Shown here piece by piece: positions 20,060 through 28,149 of a stretch of DNA of 64,000 bases. The stretch is taken from positions 1-64,000 of the forward strand of contig JBQLZK010000037.1 of assembly GCA_052168235.1 (NCBI GenBank), in the 5' to 3' direction. The first letter of the stretch is position 1; each line of letters starts with the position of its first letter. This stretch comes from Thainema sp. (GTDB lineage Bacteria; Cyanobacteriota; Cyanobacteriia; Phormidesmidales; Phormidesmidaceae). The notes below the pieces were generated by a model, which made no database searches, was not told where the DNA came from, and saw only the letters and a program-made list of their open reading frames with translations. The position numbers were made by a program, and so were the translations under genes.

Positions 20060-20379
20060 ATGCCATTTGATATCGGTGCTTTTTTCCGGGCCTGTAATCC
20101 CAGCAAAACGCTAAATTTGACCGCTCCCGAGGATAAAAATACTACATCGATTTTTCGGGCGTGCGGGGCAGCGATCTGGTGCGGGAAATGCAGCGCACAA
20201 TCACCTTTTCTGGACAAGAACCGACCTGCCAGCTTTTTACTGGGCACATCGGCTGCGGCAAATCAACTGAGCTTTCACGCTTACAGCGAGAGTTAGAAGC
20301 CGATGGCTATCACGTGGTCTACTTTGAGTCCACCGATGACCTGGATATGGGCGATAGTATTCTGCCAAGTTCGATATAG
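20060..20379 (+). pseudogene. Frameshifted and truncated cyanobacterial P-loop ATPase
   Basis: Adding one A to the run at 20135-20139 joins two ORFs into MPFDIGAFFRACNPSKTL..EDKKYYIDFSGVRG..PTCQLFTGHIGCGKSTEL..HVVYFES.DDLDMGD (Walker A GHIGCGKS). Family-like sequence stops at about 20355. Confidence 0.85.
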
Positions 20380-20441
20380 CAAAAGCCATGATCTTGAAAA
20401 TCATTTACGATTGGTGCAAATGTATTTAATTGAAACCAAGC

Positions 20442-23400
20442 ATGAGTCTTGCAGGAAAACGGTCAACTCAAGGTGACGAATACCAATTACGTGTGGCATT
20501 ACATTGGCTGATACGTATGCTCGGGGATGATTCTATCTCCGGTATTCAAGTTGACTCAACTGGTATACCCGGACAAAGCTTTCCAATCACAGTTGATGAT
20601 GTAGTTGTTTTATATGCAGACGGTCGTGCTTGCTTTATTCAAGTAAAGAAGAATCAGACTGATTATAAATCGTGGTCACTCGCTGATGAAATCTTAAAAG
20701 AAGAGCTAGAAAAAGCTCGTATACAGTTGGAGTCTAAAGAAAACTCGAAGGTCATTTTTTATTCTCGAACGCCTTTTGGAGAGTTAGAATCACTAGTTGA
20801 AGCCTGCAAAGCTTTTCCTGATTACGAATCATTCCTACGAGAGGATTCTAAAAAGCAGATCACTACTTTGAAGAAACTTGCAAGCATTATAGAAAGACCA
20901 GAAGAAGTAAATTTTAGTCTCGTTTTACGACTTAAATTTGGCCCACCACATACATTTGAAGATTGGGATCGTTTAAATCGTATTGATTTGGAGCGTTTGT
21001 CCCCATCTGTTGATCTAGTAATACCAATTCTAGAGCGTTACTTAACCGGACATGAAGCTACGCTAAAGGATACAAAACACATTATTAATCGCGAGGAAGT
21101 GTGGGCTGAACTAGGAATGTTGGGACTAAGACCAACGCCTGAGCGCAGTGAAACAGAAATTCTTGAAACTTTCAGGCTGGCTTCGAGAATTGGTCGTAAT
21201 TGGTTATGCACAATTGATGATGAGAAAATTCCTCGTATTGAATTGAATCAAATCACTGAACTGATTGAACAGGACAACCGGACAATTTTATTGACAGATC
21301 GTCCTGGCAGTGGAAAAACCTGTTTATTGCTAGACTTAGTCAATGAGCTTGAGAATCAAGAAGCCTATGGGCTGTTGTTTATCAAAAGCGATCTATTTAC
21401 AGAAATCAACAACGAACAAGATTTGGTAGATAGAGGATTACCAGAAGACATCGTTGGCCAATGTGCTCGTCTGGCAAAATTTCGATCCGTTGTTGTTATT
21501 ATTGATTCCCTTGATGAGCTTTCGCTAAGCCGACAACATAGTGCGCTTAAAGTATTCCTAGGGTTGATAGATAGGCTTGAAAAAATTGTGAGCATAACAG
21601 TCATTGCAGCATGTCGTGATTTTGATTTACAGTATGACCCTTTGCTACGAGGACGCTCATGGAAACACACTATTCATCTGTGTCCACTTGATTTTGAGTC
21701 TACTGTAAAACCCTTTCTCATTCGTTGGGGCATTGATCCATCTAGTATTAGTTCTGAACTTCGCGAGTTGTTGCAGCTACCACAGCATCTACGAATTTAT
21801 GGGGAACTAGCGAAAGTTGGCAGATGTTTGAATCCTGCATCAGCTTATGAACTTTATGACAGCTTCCTAAATGAAGTAATTGCTCTAAATTCAAGATTGG
21901 GAGATCAGGCTATAACTGCCCTTCAAGACATGGCAGATACCTTGATGCAAAGCCGTAGCCAATCTTTTAGCAGAACTAATTTTGCTGCAAGTGAAAACAT
22001 AGTAAGGCTTCTAATTAGTCAGGAAATCCTATGGGATTCTTCTTCAGGTAGCTTATCTTTTAGCCATCAAACCTTAGCAGAATGCCTAGTTGTACGTTCT
22101 GCATTAGCTAAAAGTAAAACTTTGGTGGAATTTATTATCGACCACCCCCAGCTTCCTTTTATCCGTCCAGCAGTCCGAGCTTTTTTCTTTTTTCTACGGT
22201 CACACCAACCACAACTTTTTAGAAGACAAATTAGACAAGTTCTATCACATAAGGAAATCGCTTACCATGTGAAGCGTTTAGTTTGTGAATCATTGGCTGA
22301 AATTATTCCTATAGAAGATGATTGGCGATTGTTTCGTAGAATCTTCCAGAATTATCCTGACTTGTTTCGTCGTCTGTTAGTACGAACTCAGTCAACTGCT
22401 TGGCTGCATTTTCTCAAAAACTACTGGCTAGATGCTGCTCAAGCTTCGGAGGAGCGAGAAGATTGGCTACGTGAGTTTTGTTGGAAATTGCGAACATGGA
22501 TAAACTCTGATGCTACAGAGGTTATTACTCTATGGCGGCAAGCAATTGCTTTTAATTGGTTTGATGAACAAAGACTAATCAGAATTATTCTTGGTGGATT
22601 GAACAACCTGCAAGATTGGAATGCTGAGGGTATTCGAGAACTGTTGGAAATCTTAGTTAAAGATTCTGGTGATGAAAGAGACTCACTTGGCAGAATTATC
22701 AGTCAATGGGTACATGCCACAAACTCTGGTGATGATTTGCTATGGAGATACATTACTAAAGATATTTTGCCTGAAGATCTCCAGAAATGGGATCTACGAG
22801 ATAAGCTTCACTGCTCACCACATAATTTTCATCATGAGAGATTTTTAGAAGAACGTTTAAAGCAATCAGATCAATTGCTTACTCTAGTCTTAAAAGATTT
22901 AGCCCGCTGGAGCGAAATACGAATTGGTTTTCTCCAAGAAACTTCTTGGCATATAGCACATAGTAAAATTGATATCTATCCAGTGACTGGTTTAACAGAA
23001 ATTTTTTCTGGGGTAGAGGAAGCGTTAAAGCATAGAGCTCGTGAAAACGATGCTTGGTGGAAGTTATATGAACCAAATTTACGTGATACTCAAGAACCAT
23101 ATCTTCGCTATCTAATTATTCAATCTTACAAAGAAAATATAGAAGAAAATATTTCTGGAATTGAGTTTCAACTTCAAGACCAAGAACTTATTTGTAATAG
23201 TGAACTTAGCTATGAATTAGGTGGACTTATGCAAATGAGCTACCCGTATATCTCAGAAACTACACAGATCAATAACCAAACAATCATTCTCTCATCATGC
23301 GCCGTTCAAGAAAACGATCAAAATAGTTCATCCTTCTGGCAATATCGTAAAACTTATAATCTTCTTATTTGGATTTCTCCTTTCTTCAGAATTGCAGAAA

Positions 23401-24971
23401 CACAGACTTTCATTGATACTTGGCAAAATCATTTTGGCTATAGCCAGCCCGAACCTGAAATTTATTCTAGAGGTGGAGCTATACTGCCACCTTTATCTAA
23501 AGAAAACTTGCTAAAGCTTTCAGATGAGTCTCTTTTTCGCCTATTGCAGTATTATCAGCAGTATCTACACTCAGACTTTTTTGATCGTGATCTAGCTCGC
23601 GGTTTTAATGGCGTTGTGAGTATTCTGCGTGAAGCTTGCTCCTTGCATCCTATTCACTTTTTAGATTTATACTCTGGTTTTTTTGAGTCAGATTTACATG
23701 AAGCATATACACATGCTCTGATTGAAGGAATTTCAACACACTTGCTCTATCGCTTTGGTGACGTGCGACCAAATCCAGAAAACGCATGGCAACCGATAGA
23801 ACCTCTACCTGATAAAGAAGCACTTGCAGCAGGGCTGTTATATCTATTGGAACGGTATTCAATTATTTGGAAGGATGGCCGGGCAGTTAGTAGAGCTCTG
23901 GAAGCTTGTTGTGATGTATTAAATGATTCTAAATCATCTGAGCGTCTAACACTATTGCTCTTTTGGACTTGCTTTAAGTCTCTAGATGATGAGATAAATG
24001 AAATTAATGAGAAAAATCTTGTTTATCATGCTCTTAACTCGACTTTAGGAATAGCTGCAAAAAGTGCAATTAAGCTTTGCAACAATCTTTTAGAAAAAGG
24101 CCAATCTTTACCAGAATTACTTCCATATTTGTTACATTACTTCTCACGTAACACAGCTACCCATGTACGTATTCCTATCGTTGAACATCTTCCCTTCTTG
24201 ATGTACAAGCAACCTGCTTTGGGATGGCAGTTGTTAGCTGATGTTTTTCAAAAACCTCAACCTTTGCTATGGAAGCATACAGAACAATGTTTTTACTATC
24301 AGTATCGAGATAACTTTCATCAGGTTGTTCCATATTTGGATCGTCTCTTACACGAAGGAATAGACGAAGCTGGTGGTACTTGGGGCCGTATTTCTGCATT
24401 GGCTCATCTTGCAGGACATATCGAACAAGATCAGATATTTAATACGTTGGCAGATTTGAATGATGATGCATGGAGAGGAGTTATTCAGGTATTTTCAGCT
24501 AATCTCAATCGGTACGAGCATACCGCCAAGTGTCATTCTGGACTCATAACTGCCTTGCATCAGGAAAGCTTACCAAACAGAGTTCTTAACGAAATTGAAA
24601 AATGTTTTGCTAAAGAAGCAAGTAAAGGACGCCGTGGATATGAACTTGCAGTTGCTTTTCTCAATAAACTTTCAATGTCTACAGATGGATATGATCTTTA
24701 CGATTTTCTCGAATGGTTAAGTTATGAATCTCGACGTGATCCTTTGCAGGCTCTAGATATGGCTGAGCTTCTTGCTGAAAAGCTGGAAACGGAAATTCAA
24801 TCAGATCAACTTTGGCATACTCAACCCTTGATTTCAGCACTAAACGAAATCTTGCGCGAAGCAGATGAAACTGATGATCTAGATCTAATCAGACGTGCTA
24901 TTGATTTACAAGATCGTTATCTGCAATTAAATATTTATGGAATTGAAGAACTTTTTAATAAAGCTGGGTAA
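20442..24971 (+). CDS. Nuclease-STAND NTPase-helical repeat protein, Avs/AVAST-like anti-phage candidate
   Basis: N-terminal PD-(D/E)xK-type motif (GDEYQ...VDDVVV...FIQVKK), Walker A RPGSGKT, Walker B VVIIDSLD, sensor ACR, FSHQTL, and a long helical C-terminus. TTG 20430 is an alternative start. Confidence 0.8.
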   Translation: MSLAGKRSTQGDEYQLRVALHWLIRMLGDDSISGIQVDSTGIPGQSFPITVDDVVVLYADGRACFIQVKKNQTDYKSWSLADEILKEELEKARIQLESKENSKVIFYSRTPFGELESLVEACKAFPDYESFLREDSKKQITTLKKLASIIERPEEVNFSLVLRLKFGPPHTFEDWDRLNRIDLERLSPSVDLVIPILERYLTGHEATLKDTKHIINREEVWAELGMLGLRPTPERSETEILETFRLASRIGRNWLCTIDDEKIPRIELNQITELIEQDNRTILLTDRPGSGKTCLLLDLVNELENQEAYGLLFIKSDLFTEINNEQDLVDRGLPEDIVGQCARLAKFRSVVVIIDSLDELSLSRQHSALKVFLGLIDRLEKIVSITVIAACRDFDLQYDPLLRGRSWKHTIHLCPLDFESTVKPFLIRWGIDPSSISSELRELLQLPQHLRIYGELAKVGRCLNPASAYELYDSFLNEVIALNSRLGDQAITALQDMADTLMQSRSQSFSRTNFAASENIVRLLISQEILWDSSSGSLSFSHQTLAECLVVRSALAKSKTLVEFIIDHPQLPFIRPAVRAFFFFLRSHQPQLFRRQIRQVLSHKEIAYHVKRLVCESLAEIIPIEDDWRLFRRIFQNYPDLFRRLLVRTQSTAWLHFLKNYWLDAAQASEEREDWLREFCWKLRTWINSDATEVITLWRQAIAFNWFDEQRLIRIILGGLNNLQDWNAEGIRELLEILVKDSGDERDSLGRIISQWVHATNSGDDLLWRYITKDILPEDLQKWDLRDKLHCSPHNFHHERFLEERLKQSDQLLTLVLKDLARWSEIRIGFLQETSWHIAHSKIDIYPVTGLTEIFSGVEEALKHRARENDAWWKLYEPNLRDTQEPYLRYLIIQSYKENIEENISGIEFQLQDQELICNSELSYELGGLMQMSYPYISETTQINNQTIILSSCAVQENDQNSSSFWQYRKTYNLLIWISPFFRIAETQTFIDTWQNHFGYSQPEPEIYSRGGAILPPLSKENLLKLSDESLFRLLQYYQQYLHSDFFDRDLARGFNGVVSILREACSLHPIHFLDLYSGFFESDLHEAYTHALIEGISTHLLYRFGDVRPNPENAWQPIEPLPDKEALAAGLLYLLERYSIIWKDGRAVSRALEACCDVLNDSKSSERLTLLLFWTCFKSLDDEINEINEKNLVYHALNSTLGIAAKSAIKLCNNLLEKGQSLPELLPYLLHYFSRNTATHVRIPIVEHLPFLMYKQPALGWQLLADVFQKPQPLLWKHTEQCFYYQYRDNFHQVVPYLDRLLHEGIDEAGGTWGRISALAHLAGHIEQDQIFNTLADLNDDAWRGVIQVFSANLNRYEHTAKCHSGLITALHQESLPNRVLNEIEKCFAKEASKGRRGYELAVAFLNKLSMSTDGYDLYDFLEWLSYESRRDPLQALDMAELLAEKLETEIQSDQLWHTQPLISALNEILREADETDDLDLIRRAIDLQDRYLQLNIYGIEELFNKAG

Positions 24972-25091
24972 TTTTGATACACCATAAACTCAACTAAGAG
25001 GTCATGAGAAAAGGATTTGAGTGCTAAGCACATCCTGAGTCGATTGAGACTCATGTCTGCCAGTAGCGGATTCGCCAACTCCTGGGAATTT

Positions 25092-25110
25092 ATTGCATAT
25101 TATTCTCAAT
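25092..25110. promoter_or_regulatory. Putative Fur box
   Basis: ATTGCATATTATTCTCAAT, a 19-bp imperfect palindrome resembling cyanobacterial ATTGAGAAT-N-ATTCTCAAT. A weaker copy lies at 25241-25259. Confidence 0.6.
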
Positions 25111-25158
25111 AAGCTGCTAAGCTATGGATTAGCCACTAATCGCTGAAAATATTGCACT

Positions 25159-25181
25159 GGCGCATGGCCATGCGCCCCTAC
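25159..25181. repeat. GTAG-type REP-like palindrome
   Basis: GGCGCATGGCCATGCGCCCCTAC. Confidence 0.7.
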
Positions 25182-25276
25182 GAATATCTGTTCTGTATGT
25201 GCCACATTCAACTTGATTAACGGCTACTGAATCGCAGTTTAACGAGAATACTTTTTAATTGTGTGGGAGAAACAGC

Positions 25277-26023
25277 ATGTCTACTATCGCCTCTAATATC
25301 ACCGATGCCCTGTGGCTGAGCGTCAATCCCAGCTTTGTGGATTTCCATAAACCACTACTGCGAGAGCTGGCGCAGGATAGCGCGATCGCACATTGGGAAT
25401 ATTCCCAAACCCAAGACGAACCCTGTTCGCTGGAGAAAGCATTGGTGCTGCTGCATGATTATTTGAAAAATCGCGATCGCAAAATTCATCTAATCGGCCA
25501 CAGCACTGGCGGACTGCTGGGCCTGCGCTATGCGCGGCGGTATCCAGAGCGGGTGCAGTCGCTGACGCTGCTTTCCGTTGGCGTTAACCCCACCGTGGAC
25601 TGGCAGGCACACTACTACGTGCAGCGGCAGTTGCTCCCCTGTAGCCGCTCGATTGTGATGGCGCAGATGGTGCGGCATATGTTCGGCCCCCAAAGCTGTC
25701 GCCGAGCCAAAGGCTTAATTAAGCTGCTGGAGCGGGATTTGGCAACGTCTCCGGCTCCCCATAGCCTGCTGCGCCGCGAGCATCTCTCACCCGGTCGCGT
25801 CCAGGTTCCCCTGCTCGTTTGTGGAGGAGACAACGACCTGATTGTCGATTCCAATCAAATCGACCACTGGCGACCCTGGCTGAAAGAATGCGATCGCATT
25901 TGGCATTGTCCCAACGGTCGCCACTTTTTTCATGCTGAACACCCAGAAGCCGTGGGGGCGCAAATTCGCGATTTTTGGCAATTGGCATCGGTTGCTCGAC
26001 CTGTGAAGCAATCAGTGGCCTGA
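25277..26023 (+). CDS. Alpha/beta hydrolase (IsiC-like)
   Basis: Nucleophile elbow GHSTGG, acid in GGDND, His in GRHFFH. Resembles the cyanobacterial iron-stress hydrolase family (from memory). ATG at 25277. Confidence 0.8.
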   Translation: MSTIASNITDALWLSVNPSFVDFHKPLLRELAQDSAIAHWEYSQTQDEPCSLEKALVLLHDYLKNRDRKIHLIGHSTGGLLGLRYARRYPERVQSLTLLSVGVNPTVDWQAHYYVQRQLLPCSRSIVMAQMVRHMFGPQSCRRAKGLIKLLERDLATSPAPHSLLRREHLSPGRVQVPLLVCGGDNDLIVDSNQIDHWRPWLKECDRIWHCPNGRHFFHAEHPEAVGAQIRDFWQLASVARPVKQSVA

Positions 26024-26653
26024 AGTTCGCTGGCTGGTAATGAGCTGAATCAGGCTCTCCGTCAGCACGTCCGGCTCAATCGGGGCAACCTGCTGACCGT
26101 GCAGAATGTGCTGCGTCATGGCATAGCTCATTAATGTGCCCGTAAAAATCCGCGCTGTGGCCTCTGGATGGGGCAAGTTTAACTCTGGGTGAGCCGCAAA
26201 GTACTGGCTGAGTACATGCCACACCTTTTGCGGCAGCGCCTTGACAAAGAGCTTTGCCAGCTCCGGGAAGCGACCCGACTCACCAATAATCAATCGCAGA
26301 AAAGCCACATACTCTTCATCACCACTGACCAGCTGCATAAACTTTTGGGCAATGTGATGCAGGACATGAGCCGGATCTTCCGTCAAAGACAGCGTGCCAA
26401 AAACCTGATTAAATCGCTGACGAGTAACCTGCTCAATCAGCGCTACAAACAGCCCTTCCTTATCCTCGAAATGCTTATAGATGGTGATTTTGGAGACCCC
26501 AGCAGCAGCAGCAACCCGATCCATGCTGGTGCCTTCATATCCCTGATGCAGGAAAATTTTGAGCGCTCCTTGTAGAATTTGCTGACGCTTTGCTGTGGTT
26601 CCAGCCGAGCTAATCGAGGATGAAGCCATAGATATGATGGAAGAAAAGTTCAA
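26012..26653 (-). CDS. TetR/AcrR-family transcriptional regulator
   Basis: HTH TSMDRVAAAAGVSKITIYKHFEDKEGLF. Divergent from the efflux operon. The start may be the ATG at 26629. Confidence 0.95.
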   Translation of the reverse strand: MNFSSIISMASSSISSAGTTAKRQQILQGALKIFLHQGYEGTSMDRVAAAAGVSKITIYKHFEDKEGLFVALIEQVTRQRFNQVFGTLSLTEDPAHVLHHIAQKFMQLVSGDEEYVAFLRLIIGESGRFPELAKLFVKALPQKVWHVLSQYFAAHPELNLPHPEATARIFTGTLMSYAMTQHILHGQQVAPIEPDVLTESLIQLITSQRTSGH

Positions 26654-26681
26654 ACTTTGTTTGCGTTTTAAGCTTAACAGC

Positions 26682-26702
26682 TATACTATACCGTATAGTA
26701 TA
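26682..26702. promoter_or_regulatory. Putative TetR operator (10-1-10 palindrome)
   Basis: TATACTATAC-C-GTATAGTATA between tetR and hlyD. Confidence 0.75.
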
Positions 26703-26838
26703 AACAGTGCCAGTAATTTAATTACAAGTTGACAGTGAGGAATGAACCGGAGACCTGTTGACGGTGCATTTCGTAATGCTCAGCACATCCTACGATTCAA
26801 TACCGTAAAGTCCTCAAACTATTTCTGGGTTCGTGATT

Positions 26839-28149
26839 ATGACTCAGGTTGCACCGCAAAATCCAGCCAATCCCGATCGTCCATCGCCAACGAAAGATTC
26901 AACTCCGCGATCTCAACGATCCAAGGCTAAGAAACTGCTGCTGTTGATTCCAGTTGGCTTGCTGTTGGCGGCAGTGGGATTTGGAGTGAGGCATTGGCTG
27001 CTACAGCCAGATGAGAATGAGCTGGAGCTAAGTGGACGAATCGAAGGCTACGAAACGGACTTGGGCGCGAAGACGGGTGGCCGAATCGAGTCAGTCGCCG
27101 TCAGAGAAGGTGACTCTGTGCAACAGGGGCAGGTGGTGGCTCGATTAGAAGACGATGAGCTACAGGCTACACTGGCCGCAGCCAAAGCGAATCGGGCAGC
27201 GGCTGATCAGCAGGTAAATCAGGCACAGAGCCAAATTGGAGTCATTCAAAGCCAAATAGAAGAAGCGCAGTTGACGTTGCAGCAGTCGCAAGGAGATACG
27301 GCAGGACGAGTTAATCAGGCCGAAGCAACGGTGGCCACAGCCCAAGCGCAGCTCGCATCTGCTCAAGCTCAGGTAGAGCAGGCTGAGTCTGAACTGAAGC
27401 TAGCCCGACTAGAGCGCGATCGCTTTCAGGTGTTGGTGAACAATGGCGCGATTCCGCAGCAGCAGTTTGACCAGGCTCAAACCCGCTTTGAAACCGCTCA
27501 AGATACGCTAGCCGCTCGGCAAGCATCGATCGCTGCTGCCGAGCGGCAGGTAAGAGCCGCTCAGGGTGGACTCACGCAGGCAGAAACCAGCCAGCTCAAT
27601 CCCGATATTCGTACTGCTCAGATTACCCGATTGCAGCGCCAGCTAGAGCAGGCCAACGCCCAACTGGCAGCCGCTCAAGCCGAAGTGGAACGTGCGATCG
27701 CAAATCAAAACGAGGTTGAGGCGAGACTGGCCAATCTGGAAATCACCAGCCCGATTGATGGTGTGGTGGTGACGCGCATGGTCGAACCAGGGGAGGTAAT
27801 CGCCGCTGGCACAACGGTAATGACGGTAATTGATCTGAACGATGTCTACCTGCGCGGCTACATCGCCGAAGGCGAAATCGGTAACGTGCGAGTGGGGCAA
27901 CCTGCCCATGTATTCCTGGATTCCGCACCTGAGCAGCCGCTAGACGCAACGGTAATCGCGATTGATACTGAAGCTTCATTCACGCCGGAAAATATTTACT
28001 TTCAGGATGACCGAGTGACGCAGGTGTTTGGCCTGCGGTTGGGAATCGAGAACCCGGCTGGATACGCAAAGCCAGGGATGCCTGCGGATGGGGAGATTTT
28101 GCTGTCGGTGGAGGGGCAGGAGGAGCTAGAGGAGCAGGCGGCGCAATGA
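26839..28149 (+). CDS. HlyD-family membrane fusion protein
   Basis: N-terminal transmembrane helix, lipoyl half-motifs (GGRIESVAVREGDSV, ITSPIDGVV), long coiled coil, ASFTPENIY and KPGMPADG. Confidence 0.95.
   Translation: MTQVAPQNPANPDRPSPTKDSTPRSQRSKAKKLLLLIPVGLLLAAVGFGVRHWLLQPDENELELSGRIEGYETDLGAKTGGRIESVAVREGDSVQQGQVVARLEDDELQATLAAAKANRAAADQQVNQAQSQIGVIQSQIEEAQLTLQQSQGDTAGRVNQAEATVATAQAQLASAQAQVEQAESELKLARLERDRFQVLVNNGAIPQQQFDQAQTRFETAQDTLAARQASIAAAERQVRAAQGGLTQAETSQLNPDIRTAQITRLQRQLEQANAQLAAAQAEVERAIANQNEVEARLANLEITSPIDGVVVTRMVEPGEVIAAGTTVMTVIDLNDVYLRGYIAEGEIGNVRVGQPAHVFLDSAPEQPLDATVIAIDTEASFTPENIYFQDDRVTQVFGLRLGIENPAGYAKPGMPADGEILLSVEGQEELEEQAAQ

Noticed and set aside
20135..20139. Programmed ribosomal frameshift in the ATPase fragment
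   Set aside because: The joined product is still truncated shortly after Walker A, so decay or a sequencing error is simpler.
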